This document shows, in pieces, positions 8,650 to 18,011 of a stretch of 64,000 bases of DNA; position 1 is the stretch's first letter, and every line of letters starts with the position of its first letter. The stretch is from an uncultured Spirochaetales bacterium (GTDB taxonomy: Bacteria > Myxococcota_A > UBA9160 > SMWR01): NCBI GenBank assembly GCA_964413375.1, contig CAYPSI010000113.1:4664-68663 (forward strand). Reading direction: 5' to 3'. The notes under the pieces were generated by a model that did not search any database, was not told where the DNA came from, and saw only the letters and a list, made by a program, of their open reading frames with translations. A program made the translations under genes and the position numbers.

Positions 8650-11600
8650 TCAGAAGGAGTACTTGATCTGGAACTTGAAGTCCCGTCCGACCTCGACCTC
8701 GCGCTCGGGAATCCGCTCGCTGGTCTGGTAGGGATCGTAGACGATTCGCCGCGTGCTGTTGGTGAGGTTCTTCATCTGCACGGAGAGGGTCAGTCCGCGC
8801 CAGATCTCCTGGCTGACGATCAGATCCAGCTGGCCATAGGAATCGATGTAGCGGTCGGGGGCCAGGGACTGGGTGACGTTGTTCGGTCCGATGAAGGCGC
8901 TGCCGGCGGCGTCGAGCACGTCGCTGATCGCGTAGAAGGCGAGGGTGACCTTCGTCCCCCAGTCCGGCTGATCGAAGGTGATGTCGGCGTTGACGATCCA
9001 CTCGGGCTGCCCGAACAGGCGCCGGCTCGAGTCGAGGCTCGAGTACTCGGCGGCCACCCCCGGCCTCGTGCCGAAGAAGGGCTGCGCGCGCGTCAGCTCG
9101 GCATCGATCCGGTCCACCCGGGCGTGGATGTAGGTGTAGTTGGCACCGATGGTGAAATAGTCTCCCCCGTCGTAGCCGAGCAGATCTCCGACGAAGCCGA
9201 GGTTCTTGCGCGTCTCGACCTCGATGCCCCAGACCTTCGCCTGGTTCGGATTGTTGAAGAAGGTGCGATAGAGGGCGCTCGACGACTGTTCGAAGTTGAG
9301 CGGATTGCGGATCACGATGCTCTCGATCGGCTCGTCGATGGTCTTGTAGAAGCCGCTCAGCGCGACGAGGTCCGCGAAGTCGCCGAAGGCGTACTCGATA
9401 CGCAGGTCGTAGCTGTCGACCGGGGAGAGCTTCAGCTGGGGATTGCCGACGATCAGGTCGTCCGAGGCGGGCTCGACGGAGACGTAGAAGCCCATCTCCC
9501 GGAACGAGGGCCGTGCGACGGTCTTCGACCAGGCCCCCTTGACGGAGACCCCTTCGAGCGGGCGGACGGCGAACCCGGCGGTCGGAAGCACCTGGAGCTC
9601 GTCGATCTCGCCGTTGACCAGCGACAGGATCGACTCGCGGTCGACGAGATCGACGCACCTGCGCCCCGGGTTGCTGGGAGTCGGGCACGGAGTGTTCGGG
9701 CGATCGATGCCCAGGAGATCCCCGTTGAACGTGCTTCCCGGGGGCGGCGGGGTCGAGACCTCGGGGAAGAGCACGCCCCCGACCCTGCGCTGCGGGTTGT
9801 CGAGCTGATCGAAGAAGAGGTAGGCCTCCGGAAAGGTGGCCGGCGCGCCGAAGCGCAGGTCGCCCGTGAACGGTTGATTGCGCGAGTCGATGAAGATGTT
9901 CTCGAGGCGAACGCCGCCGAGCAGGTCCCACCGCTCCCAGAGGGTTGCCTTCGAGCCCACGTACCACGCCCAGATCTCGCGAGTGGCGTCGTTCTCCGTC
10001 TTGCGCATGAAGCTGGGCTCGCCGTTGCGCTTGTCGATCTGGTCGAACACCGCCCTGCCGAGCTGCTCCTGCGTCTCGCCGAGGATCGCGAACTGCGAAG
10101 AGCCGCTCACCGTGGGGCTCTCGAGAAAGCTCGAGTCGACGCCTCGGGTCGCGTGCTCGTACCAGCCCCCGCTGTTCACGCTCACGTTGAGCATCTCGGA
10201 GAGTGCAGTGGTGTAATCCCCATCCAGGCGGCCGAAGCCCTGGCTCTCGTCCACGTCGACGGCGTTGTAGAAGGGGCCGCGATTCGCAGCGTATCGCCCG
10301 GGTCCGAGGGCTTCCGGCGTGGCCGGAATGCCCGGAGTCTGGACCTGGTCGTCCGGCTCGTAGAAGTAGCGCGCACCGCGGGCCTCCTCCTCCTGCGTGG
10401 TATGGGCATAGTTCCCCGCCCAGCCGAAGTGCAGGCCTGGAACGGCGTCGATCCAGTGCTCGCCGTTGAGCTGGGTGACCAGCAGGTCGCGTTCGCGCTC
10501 GAACGATTTGCTCTCGTAGAAGTTGGTGAACCAGAGCGGTCCCCGGGCGGGACCGTCGTTCGCCGTGGCCCGCACCGACCTGAAGACCGCGCTGTTCGTC
10601 GCGAAGCCGTTGAACAGGAAGGTGTTGACCTCCTCCCCCGCGTCGGCGAAGACGCCGTAGTCGAAGTTCGGCAGGTAGCCGTTCTCCTTGAGCTGCACCA
10701 CCTCCTGCTCCTTGCGCGTGTAGAAGGTGGAGGCATCGAAACGGTGATTGCCCGCCTCGTCGGCGTCGAATCCGAGACCCAGGTAGCCGGTTGACTGCGC
10801 CGAGCGCTCGCTCGTGGTCAGATCGAAACGGCCGCCGCTGAGGAAGAGCTGGCCGAGCGCGAGGTCTCCCGAGCGCGTGGGCTGCTGGCCCGGGAGGCAG
10901 GGCTGGCTCACGCTGTTCAGGCACGGCCTCGGCTCGCGCGCTTCCTGGAACCCCTCCTCCGTGTCGTAGTCGACCTCCCAGTTGAGCAGCGCCTTGTAGC
11001 GGACTTCGTGTCCCTTGAAGTCCCGGCGTCCGCCGATCAGTCCGCCGTACTCCTGCTCGATGGTGTCGGCGCCCTCGGTCTCCTTGCCGACCGGAGATCC
11101 GTCCCTGTACTCCAGGAAGCGGTCGATCGCGTTCGTGTTGAAGCCGGCCTTGGCCTTGAGCGCCAGCTCGAATTCCTCGGGATAGTCGTGCGTGACGATG
11201 TCGATCGAACCGCCGGAGGAGTTGCCCGGCGCGCCGGGTGCGAAGGTCTTCGCGACGACGAGATTGCTCACGACCTCGGAGGGAAAGAGATCGAGCGGGA
11301 CGGACTGCCGGTCGGGATCCGGGCTCGGGACGGGAGCCGAGTTGTAGGTCGTGCTGCTGTAGCGATCCTCCAGTCCGCGGATCACGGCGAACTGCCCCTC
11401 CACCACGTTGACGCCGGCCACGCGCTTGAGACCTTCGGACACGTCGGTGGCGGCGAACTGCGAGAGCTCCTCCGCGCTCAGGACGTTCAGGAGCTGGTCG
11501 GAATCGACCCGCAGCTGCAGCGATTCCATCGCCATCTCGGAGCCCACCACCACGAACTCCTCGATGCCGGCTCTCGGGTCGGACGTCGTCTCGCGCGGCA

Positions 11601-12060
11601 GCGGCGGAAGCGGGAAATCCGCGCGATTGCTCTGGTCCGGGCGCACCGTGAAAGCGTCCTGGGTGGATTCACGGTACCCGGATGCGCTGAAGCGGAGGCT
11701 GTAGCTCCCGGCGGGAATCGACGCGAACTCGAAGCTTCCGTCCGCGCCGGTCACCCGGGTCTCCTGCCGGGCTTCGCTGCCGTCAGCAGGCGCCGGCCAG
11801 ACGACCACCACCGTCGCCCCCTCGACGGGCTTGCCGGTCTCCCCATCGAAGACCTGGCCGAGCAGCCTCGCGTCGCCAGCAGCGGCTTCGCCCCCCGCCC
11901 GCCCTTCCACGGCGTTGGCCGCGCCGGACGCACCGGCGCCCTGCGGAGCCTGGGCCCAGGCTGGCGCGCTCAGCGCTGCCACTGCGAGCAGACCCGCGAC
12001 GAGCGTGGTAGCCCCCACCGGAAACGCCCGGCGCAAGGCATGCAGGGGATTCGCGTTCAT
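8650..12060 (-). CDS. TonB-dependent receptor with N-terminal carboxypeptidase-regulatory-like domain
   Basis: ATG at 12060 with a signal peptide. A CarboxypepD_reg-like segment (GQVFDGETGKPVEGATVVV...SGYRE) comes first. The plug follows (VIRGLEDRYSSTTYNSAPVPSPD). A long beta-barrel ends in the terminal-Phe motif KFQIKYSF. Confidence 0.9.
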   Translation of the reverse strand: MNANPLHALRRAFPVGATTLVAGLLAVAALSAPAWAQAPQGAGASGAANAVEGRAGGEAAAGDARLLGQVFDGETGKPVEGATVVVVWPAPADGSEARQETRVTGADGSFEFASIPAGSYSLRFSASGYRESTQDAFTVRPDQSNRADFPLPPLPRETTSDPRAGIEEFVVVGSEMAMESLQLRVDSDQLLNVLSAEELSQFAATDVSEGLKRVAGVNVVEGQFAVIRGLEDRYSSTTYNSAPVPSPDPDRQSVPLDLFPSEVVSNLVVAKTFAPGAPGNSSGGSIDIVTHDYPEEFELALKAKAGFNTNAIDRFLEYRDGSPVGKETEGADTIEQEYGGLIGGRRDFKGHEVRYKALLNWEVDYDTEEGFQEAREPRPCLNSVSQPCLPGQQPTRSGDLALGQLFLSGGRFDLTTSERSAQSTGYLGLGFDADEAGNHRFDASTFYTRKEQEVVQLKENGYLPNFDYGVFADAGEEVNTFLFNGFATNSAVFRSVRATANDGPARGPLWFTNFYESKSFERERDLLVTQLNGEHWIDAVPGLHFGWAGNYAHTTQEEEARGARYFYEPDDQVQTPGIPATPEALGPGRYAANRGPFYNAVDVDESQGFGRLDGDYTTALSEMLNVSVNSGGWYEHATRGVDSSFLESPTVSGSSQFAILGETQEQLGRAVFDQIDKRNGEPSFMRKTENDATREIWAWYVGSKATLWERWDLLGGVRLENIFIDSRNQPFTGDLRFGAPATFPEAYLFFDQLDNPQRRVGGVLFPEVSTPPPPGSTFNGDLLGIDRPNTPCPTPSNPGRRCVDLVDRESILSLVNGEIDELQVLPTAGFAVRPLEGVSVKGAWSKTVARPSFREMGFYVSVEPASDDLIVGNPQLKLSPVDSYDLRIEYAFGDFADLVALSGFYKTIDEPIESIVIRNPLNFEQSSSALYRTFFNNPNQAKVWGIEVETRKNLGFVGDLLGYDGGDYFTIGANYTYIHARVDRIDAELTRAQPFFGTRPGVAAEYSSLDSSRRLFGQPEWIVNADITFDQPDWGTKVTLAFYAISDVLDAAGSAFIGPNNVTQSLAPDRYIDSYGQLDLIVSQEIWRGLTLSVQMKNLTNSTRRIVYDPYQTSERIPEREVEVGRDFKFQIKYSF

Positions 12061-12087
12061 GTCATCCGGGGAGAACCGGAGTCTATT

Positions 12088-12101
12088 CGGGCTCGAGCCC
12101 G
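12088..12101 (-). terminator. Perfect 14-bp palindrome CGGGCTCGAGCCCG between exbD and the receptor gene; possible attenuator or processing hairpin
   Basis: Read directly in the 115-nt gap. No T-tract follows. Confidence 0.2.
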
Positions 12102-12175
12102 GGCGGCTCCACGTTCGTGCGAGGAGATCGCGGCGAATCGGTGACGAGCGCGGGAGCTCCGGGGGCCGGGCGAGG

Positions 12176-12580
12176 CTATCCGCCTGCGGCATTGATCGCC
12201 CCGACGCTGACCTCCTCGATCCCGCCGAGCTTCACCTCGTCCATCACCTCGGCAAGGATTCCGACCGGAGCCGCCTTGTCGCCGATCACGATCACGGTGT
12301 CGTCGGGCCTCTCGACGTGCAGGCGCTCGATGACTGGACGCACCTCCCGAAGGTCGACCTGGCGCCTGTCCATCCAGATCTCACCGTTCGAGCGGATCGC
12401 GATCAGGATGTTGCCGCTCTCGTGGTGCTCGGCGGTCATCGCTTCGGCGCGGTCCACGCTGATGCCCGCTTCCTTGACGAAGGAGGTGGTGATGATGAAG
12501 AAGATCAGCAGGTTCAGGACGAAGTCGAGCATCGGCGCGAGGTCGATGTTGACCTCCTCCTCCGGGCGCTGGTGCCGCAC
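12176..12580 (-). CDS. exbD: ExbD/TolR biopolymer transport protein (second copy)
   Basis: The N-terminus NIDLAPMLDFVLNLLIFFIITTSF is the ExbD/TolR anchor motif. GTG start, 134 aa. Confidence 0.9.
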   Translation of the reverse strand: MRHQRPEEEVNIDLAPMLDFVLNLLIFFIITTSFVKEAGISVDRAEAMTAEHHESGNILIAIRSNGEIWMDRRQVDLREVRPVIERLHVERPDDTVIVIGDKAAPVGILAEVMDEVKLGGIEEVSVGAINAAGG

Positions 12581-12595
12581 GCGAGCGCCTCCCCT

Positions 12596-13006
12596 TCATC
12601 TCGTCGCGCCGAAAGAGACGTTCATGACGCCTCCCTGGCGCACCTGGTCGACGATCTCCACGAGCAGCCCGGTCCCGGCCCTCGCGTCGGCGACGATCAT
12701 CACCCCGTTCTCGGGCTTGAGCGCGTGCATGCGCTCCACGTTGGCCCGCACGGCGCGGATGTCGACGAGACGGTCGTCGATCAGGATCTCGCCTCCAGCG
12801 GCAATCGCGATCAGCAGGCTCCCGGCCTCCTTGGCCGGCGCACCGACGCTGGCCGAGGGCCGGCTCACGGCGAGGCCGAACTCCTTCGCGAAGACCGCGG
12901 TGATGATGAAGAAGATCAGCAGGTTCATCACGAAATCGAGCATCGGTGCGAGGTCGATGCCCGTCGTCTCGCCCCGATGCTTGCGCATGTGGCTGCGGAT
13001 GCGCAT
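12596..13006 (-). CDS. exbD: ExbD/TolR biopolymer transport protein (first copy)
   Basis: Anchor motif GIDLAPMLDFVMNLLIFFIITAVF. The ATG at 13006 lies 1 nt after the exbB stop. Confidence 0.9.
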   Translation of the reverse strand: MRIRSHMRKHRGETTGIDLAPMLDFVMNLLIFFIITAVFAKEFGLAVSRPSASVGAPAKEAGSLLIAIAAGGEILIDDRLVDIRAVRANVERMHALKPENGVMIVADARAGTGLLVEIVDQVRQGGVMNVSFGATR

Positions 13007-13007
13007 C

Positions 13008-13544
13008 TCAGAGCTCGAACGAATCGGCGAGCAACTCGGCCTGCCGCCTTGCCCGAGATTCGAAATAGAAGATCGGATAGAGGCCGGTGATGCTGACCGC
13101 GAGACCGGTCAAGGTGCAGATCATCGCGTGGGAGACGCCGCTGGCCATGGTGCGCGCGTCGGCGGAGCCGCGCAGCGCCATGGAATCGAAGACCTCGAGC
13201 ATTCCGCTGACCGTTCCGATCAAGCCCAACAGCGGAGCCATGGGCACCAGCACCTTCATCAGTCGCAGGTTGGCGGTCATCCCGGCGCTGAAGCGCGAGA
13301 TCATCGCCTCGCGAACCTGGCGGGCGCACCAGGACTTGTGATCCGTCCGCGAACGCCAGCGCGCAAGCGACTCGGTCGTCTCGCGCGGGAGAACGCGGGA
13401 GAAGTACAGGGCGCGTTCGACCACCAGGGTCCAGAGCAGCAGGCAGGTCAGAAAGATCCAGACGACGAAGGGACCTCCTCCCTCGAACAGGTCGGTGATC
13501 GCCCGGTAGGGAACGAGCAGCGACAGGATGATGGACTCGAGCAC
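13008..13544 (-). CDS. exbB: MotA/TolQ/ExbB proton-channel protein
   Basis: MotA_ExbB C-terminal core: MAPLLGLIGTVSGMLEVFDSM...ASGVSHAMICTLTGLAVSI. I prefer the GTG at 13544, which is 4 nt after the upstream stop, to the track start at 13652. Confidence 0.85.
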   Translation of the reverse strand: MLESIILSLLVPYRAITDLFEGGGPFVVWIFLTCLLLWTLVVERALYFSRVLPRETTESLARWRSRTDHKSWCARQVREAMISRFSAGMTANLRLMKVLVPMAPLLGLIGTVSGMLEVFDSMALRGSADARTMASGVSHAMICTLTGLAVSITGLYPIFYFESRARRQAELLADSFEL

Positions 13545-13548
13545 GGCG

Positions 13549-14940
13549 CTAGCCCCCGCTCGCCGGGGACCGGCGGCCGGCCTGCGAGTTCTTGCGCTCG
13601 ACGAGTTCGGCCAGGATGCCGGTGCTCTGCTGATCCAGCACCTGCGTGACACCGTCCGAGAGCGACCCGAGCGCCGCGTTGGCGAAGAGCAGCGGGATGG
13701 CGATTCCGAGGCCCAGGACGGTCGCGATCATGGCCTGACTGATGCCGTTGGCCATCAGCTTGGGATCGCTGGAGCCAGACTCGGTGATGCTCTGGAAGGT
13801 GATGATCATGCCGATCACGGTGCCGATCAGGCCGAGCAGCGGACCGGCGGCGACCGCCAGGCGCAGGAAGCCCTGGAAGCGCTCGAGCGAGGGCAGCTCG
13901 CGAAGCACCGCCTCCGAGATGCGCAGCTCGGCGACCTCGGCTTCCTCCTCGATCCGCGCCGGGTCTCCGCTGAAGCTCCCGAGCACGCGACCCAGGGGAT
14001 TGTCGCGGGTGGGTCGATCGAGCTGCGCGAGCTGGCGCCTGACCGCGATGCGCACGCGGATCAGATAGAAGAACTGATAGAGCGCGCAGAGTGCCGCCAC
14101 GCCGCCGACCGCGATGATCACGTAGCCGACGGCCTCACCCTTCTCGATCCGCTCCCATAGATTCGGCCTCTGCACGTACAGGGAGAGGAGCACGCCGCGC
14201 GACGGATCGACGACCGACCTCGTGTATCCCTGGCGGGCCGTCTGGACCTCGGAGGCCAGCTCCCGGAGCTCGGCACCCGGCTGGCGCGGCAGGACGGTCA
14301 GCGTGTTCACGCCCGGGTTGAAGGCGAGGTATTGCCCGTCCGACATGGCGATGAAGCTGCCGACCCGGACGACCTCGGCGTCCTGCTTCTCGCCCTGTGC
14401 CGTCACGATCTGCGTCTGGAAGCGCGTCACGCGACCGGTCTCGCTCATCTCGCGCAGTATCTCGAACCACAGGCGCTCGAGATCGGAGCTCGAGGGCAGG
14501 GCCTTGGCCTTCGCCAGCCCCAGGAAGAATCCGTCGCGACCCGGGTATTGGACACTGACCAGCGAGCTGTAGACGATGTTGGAGAGGTCGGCCGCCACCT
14601 GGCGCGTCACGCCGAATAGCTCGCCCAGGTTTCCCTCGCGGGCCTTGAGCAGGGTCTCGAGATCGCTCAGCTCGAGCTCGTGGGCGTCGAAGCTCGCCGA
14701 GACCTGCTGGGTGTGCTGCTGGGCGGCGTCCCGCGCCCGGCGAGCCTGCTCCAGGAGCTCCTTCTGTCGCTCGCGACTGGCGAGGAACTCCTGCTCGCGA
14801 GCGGCATTCGCCCGTTCCTCGAGGGACCGGAAGTTCCTGGTCTCCTCGATCAGGTCATCGATCGTCTCGGCGGAGGAAGCGACGGCCACCGCCGCGGAGA
14901 CCGCGAGGACGAGGGCCCTGAGGATCCCATGCGGACTCAT
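13549..14940 (-). CDS. Long MotA/TolQ/ExbB-family protein with about 250-aa periplasmic N-terminal extension (TtpC-like)
   Basis: ATG at 14940 overlaps the upstream stop (ATGA). A signal peptide and a coiled-coil-rich N-domain come first. The ExbB core follows: AAGPLLGLIGTVIGMIITFQSI...ANGISQAMIATVLGLGIAIPLL. Confidence 0.85.
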   Translation of the reverse strand: MSPHGILRALVLAVSAAVAVASSAETIDDLIEETRNFRSLEERANAAREQEFLASRERQKELLEQARRARDAAQQHTQQVSASFDAHELELSDLETLLKAREGNLGELFGVTRQVAADLSNIVYSSLVSVQYPGRDGFFLGLAKAKALPSSSDLERLWFEILREMSETGRVTRFQTQIVTAQGEKQDAEVVRVGSFIAMSDGQYLAFNPGVNTLTVLPRQPGAELRELASEVQTARQGYTRSVVDPSRGVLLSLYVQRPNLWERIEKGEAVGYVIIAVGGVAALCALYQFFYLIRVRIAVRRQLAQLDRPTRDNPLGRVLGSFSGDPARIEEEAEVAELRISEAVLRELPSLERFQGFLRLAVAAGPLLGLIGTVIGMIITFQSITESGSSDPKLMANGISQAMIATVLGLGIAIPLLFANAALGSLSDGVTQVLDQQSTGILAELVERKNSQAGRRSPASGG

Positions 14941-15734
14941 GATCGGCCTTCCGTCGGAGCGGGAACGGGAGCGATCAGCAGGTCGGGGGCGCTCGCCTTG
15001 TCTGCGACCGCGAAGCCGTGCTTGACGGCGCTCCGGTAGGAATCGTCCGCGATCCACTGCTTCTGCGCGGCGTCCCAGTAGCCGGTCTCCTCCCCGTCCA
15101 GGTTCTGGTACATGAGGGTGACCCGGCCGATGCGCAGGAAGCGCACCGTGCGGGCGTCCTCGCCCTCGCCGAGATCGCCCTGGTAGGCCTCGAGGGTACG
15201 ACCGTAGTCGGTCTCGATCTGATAGGCCTCGACGATGCGCCGGTACTTCTCGGAGACCGTCACATCGGCGCGATTCATCGCGTCCCTGAGCGAGGCGATC
15301 CGCTTGCTGCGCTCCTCGAGCTGGAAGGGCACGTCGAGCTTCACGAAGCGTTCGAGGGTGTCGAGCATCTTCTGCATCAGGGGCAGCACTGCGCGCGACG
15401 TGGTCTCGATCTCCACGAGCTGCTGCTTCACGAACTCGATCTCGGCGATCTGAGACTCGACCTGCGACGAGAGCTGCTTGCCGTACTCCAGCAGGCTCTG
15501 GGTCTCCTTCAGATACTGGCGATACTGCAGCAGCATCTCGCGCGTCGCGTCGCTGAGATCGTTGATGCGCTCTTGAGACGCGGCGGCCGCCGCGTCGGTG
15601 GCGAGCTGCTCCTTCAGCACGGGCTGGATCGATTGCTCCGCTTCGGCCTTCGCCTCCGGCGCTGCGTACCACGCCGCCACTCCGGCCAGGACGGCGGCGA
15701 GGGCCAGGGAGGTCTTGCTTGTCTTGTGCGTCAT
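14937..15734 (-). CDS. DUF3450-like periplasmic coiled-coil protein (TtpB-like)
   Basis: 265 aa with a signal peptide and a long coiled coil. Its size and its position next to the long ExbB paralogue match TonB2-type clusters. Confidence 0.75.
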   Translation of the reverse strand: MTHKTSKTSLALAAVLAGVAAWYAAPEAKAEAEQSIQPVLKEQLATDAAAAASQERINDLSDATREMLLQYRQYLKETQSLLEYGKQLSSQVESQIAEIEFVKQQLVEIETTSRAVLPLMQKMLDTLERFVKLDVPFQLEERSKRIASLRDAMNRADVTVSEKYRRIVEAYQIETDYGRTLEAYQGDLGEGEDARTVRFLRIGRVTLMYQNLDGEETGYWDAAQKQWIADDSYRSAVKHGFAVADKASAPDLLIAPVPAPTEGRS

Positions 15735-15812
15735 GTCTCCTCTCGGGTGTCGGTCGAAACTGTGCGCGGAGCCGCTCTTCCCGGACGGATCACCCGGCCC
15801 GGGAATCCGATC

Positions 15813-17153
15813 TCAGCCGGCCGTGCCGGCGATCGTCCGGCTCGCCTGGAGCTCCCGGTCGATGTGCTCGATCCAGCTCTCCGCCTGCTGTCGCGTTCCG
15901 CCCGACTGCTGGGCCTGGGCGAACCAGCCGCGGGCCTCCTGCAGTTGCTGCTCGTTGTAGTAGGCGATTCCGAGCAGCAGCTGTGCGGCGCCGGGATCGG
16001 CGAGGCCCCCCTTGGCGAGGCCCTTGCGGAGCGCCGCCGTGGCGGGCTCCCACTCTTCCTGCAGCAGGTGGATCTGGGCGAGGCGGACGTAGAGGTCACC
16101 CTTCGGCGCCAGCTCCGCCGCGCGCGCGAGCGGCTCCTCGGCCTTCGAGGCGTCGCGCGCCAGGATCCAGCCGATGCCGAGCAGCTCGAAGGCCTCCGCA
16201 TCCTCGTGGATGCGCTGATCCGCGATCTCCTTCTCGAAGATCTCCGCTGCGCGGTAGGGAATCCCGCGCAACAGCATCAGCTGCAGCAGGCGGCGCAGAT
16301 CGCGATCCTCCGTCAGCAGGCCCTTCCGGTAGGCGATCTCGAGCACGCCCAGAGCGCGGTCGTTGTCCCCGCCGACCCCGTACAGCGCGGAGAGCTGCAG
16401 CCAGTAGCCCTTTCCGGCGTTCGGGTAGCGCGCGAGGAGCCCGTCGAGCACCGGCGCCGCCGCAGCGTAGTCCTTCCGGGTCAAGTGGATGGCCAGCAGC
16501 AGCTGGAACCACGCCTGCTGCGGTACCTCCGCGATCTCGACCGCCTTCTTCGCCGGCAGCAGAGCGCCGTCGAGATCCTCGAGCTGGTAATGGGCGACGG
16601 CCAGCATGAAGTACCCGACCGAGTTCGGTCGCTCGACGGTCTGGAACCACTCCGTGAGCGTCGCGATCGTGTCCTTCCACTGCCTCTCGACGCCCTGGAT
16701 CTGGGCGATCTGGAACAGCACGTCCGCCCGGTCCGCTGCGGGCAGCGCATCCTCGACGAGCGCCTGCCTGAGATGCTCGATGGCGACGGCGTTGTCGCTC
16801 CTGCCGTAGGCCGCGTAGCCGTAGAGGCGATGGGTCTGCGCCCGCTCGTGAGCTCCGAGCTTGGGCAGCCGCAGCTTCCCGAGCGCGGCCTCCGCCTCCC
16901 CCCAGCGTCCCGCGTCGAGGTGCTCCCTCACCTTCGAGAAGGTCTTCGACGTTCGCGGCCGGATGGCGTACTTCCGACGCTCCTCCCGCTCCTGCTTCCT
17001 GGTCTTCTTGCTGGCGGGCTGCTCGTCAGCCTGGTTTCCGACTTCGCTCCGGTCACCTGTCGTCTCCCCGGCGAGAGCCGGCGAAGGCGGCGACAGCACG
17101 AGCGCCCCGAGGGCGAGACCGGCGAGCAGACGTCGCAGGACTAGAGGTGACAT
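15813..17153 (-). CDS. Secreted TPR-repeat protein (TtpD-like)
   Basis: Signal peptide LAGLALGALVLSPPSPALA, a Lys/Glu-rich linker, then repeated TPR-like A-x-x-x-Y/L-x-x-A helices throughout. Confidence 0.8.
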   Translation of the reverse strand: MSPLVLRRLLAGLALGALVLSPPSPALAGETTGDRSEVGNQADEQPASKKTRKQEREERRKYAIRPRTSKTFSKVREHLDAGRWGEAEAALGKLRLPKLGAHERAQTHRLYGYAAYGRSDNAVAIEHLRQALVEDALPAADRADVLFQIAQIQGVERQWKDTIATLTEWFQTVERPNSVGYFMLAVAHYQLEDLDGALLPAKKAVEIAEVPQQAWFQLLLAIHLTRKDYAAAAPVLDGLLARYPNAGKGYWLQLSALYGVGGDNDRALGVLEIAYRKGLLTEDRDLRRLLQLMLLRGIPYRAAEIFEKEIADQRIHEDAEAFELLGIGWILARDASKAEEPLARAAELAPKGDLYVRLAQIHLLQEEWEPATAALRKGLAKGGLADPGAAQLLLGIAYYNEQQLQEARGWFAQAQQSGGTRQQAESWIEHIDRELQASRTIAGTAG

Positions 17154-17156
17154 CGA

Positions 17157-17798
17157 TCAGCTCTCCAACTGGAAGCGGATGCGGACCTGGACGTTCGGGC
17201 GTTCGACGGGCTTTCCGTCCTGGACCTTCGGGTTGTACTTCCAACCCTTCACGGCCTGGAGTGCGGCGCGGTCGAAGATCGTCCTCGGCTCGGCATTCAG
17301 GACGATCGGGTTGCGGACGCTTCCATCCGATCCGACCGTGAACTGGACGTCGACCCAGCCCTCGATCCTCTTCTGCCGCGCCTGGATCGGGTAGTCGGGC
17401 TGGATCCGCACCTGCGGCACGGCGTCGCGGTCGACCCCCCCGCCGACCGCAAGGTCGCTGGCGGCCAGACCGACTCCGGCACCGCCCGCGCCGAAGCCCG
17501 AGAAGTCCACCGACGGCGCGAGCGCGGCGAGGTCCGCCCCCGGAGCAACGCCGAGCCGTTCCGAGCTGGCCACGCTCTCGGCCTTCGGCGGCGGAGCCGG
17601 CTTCTCGATCTGGGGCTTCACCCTTCTCCTCTCCTCGACCGCGCTGTCCCTGCGCAGCCGCACGAACTCGATCTTCCGCGGAGGCTCCAGCTCGTCGATC
17701 GCGCCGCCAGCACCCATCAGCACTCGAAGCAGCCAGAAGAGGCCCACAGAGATGCCGGAAGCAATCAGAAGTGCCAGCGGAAGCCGAAGTCGTGTCAA
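17157..17798 (-). CDS. tonB: Energy transducer TonB
   Basis: TTG start preceded by AGGAAGGAAG. It has an N-terminal anchor and a Pro-rich spacer (KPQIEKPAPPPKAE). The TonB C-terminal domain reads PDYPIQARQKRIEGWVDVQFTVGSDGSVRNPIVL...ALQAVKGWKYNP. Confidence 0.85.
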   Translation of the reverse strand: MTRLRLPLALLIASGISVGLFWLLRVLMGAGGAIDELEPPRKIEFVRLRRDSAVEERRRVKPQIEKPAPPPKAESVASSERLGVAPGADLAALAPSVDFSGFGAGGAGVGLAASDLAVGGGVDRDAVPQVRIQPDYPIQARQKRIEGWVDVQFTVGSDGSVRNPIVLNAEPRTIFDRAALQAVKGWKYNPKVQDGKPVERPNVQVRIRFQLES

Positions 17799-18011
17799 GG
17801 CTTCCTTCCTAACAACAGCGGCTCGTCCGCAAGCGCGACGTCGGAAACAATTCTTATCAGTTGGTCGGTACGCACGTGGGTCGCGACCATGACATGAATG
17901 CGGCTATTCAGAGGCGATTTCGTGAATCTCCGGAATGCCCCTTCCTTGGTTAGGATCTGCGCCGTGCACTTCGTGATCGAGCGTGAGCTCCCGGCCCGCA
18001 GACGGCTCGTC

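Noticed and set aside
8392-10794. Very long ORFs in the track that lie antisense to, or out of frame with, recognisable genes. Examples: 8392..10794 +, 206..2299 -, 21512..23149 -, 26794..29085 -, 31031..33511 -, 35834..37969 -, 42782..44938 -, 54182..56701 +, 56383..58752 +.
   Set aside because: - Their translations are Arg/Pro/Ala/Gly-rich low-complexity strings with no motifs.
- Each overlaps a gene with clear family signatures on another frame.
- Long spurious ORFs are expected at about 70% GC because stop codons are rare.
17840-17870. The AT-richer patch upstream of tonB (minus-strand CAACTGATAAGAATTGTTTCC) as a Fur box.
   Set aside because: - Only one hexamer (GATAAG) approaches the GATAAT repeat unit.
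- There is no convincing 19-bp palindrome.
- Iron regulation of the locus remains possible but is not supported by this sequence.
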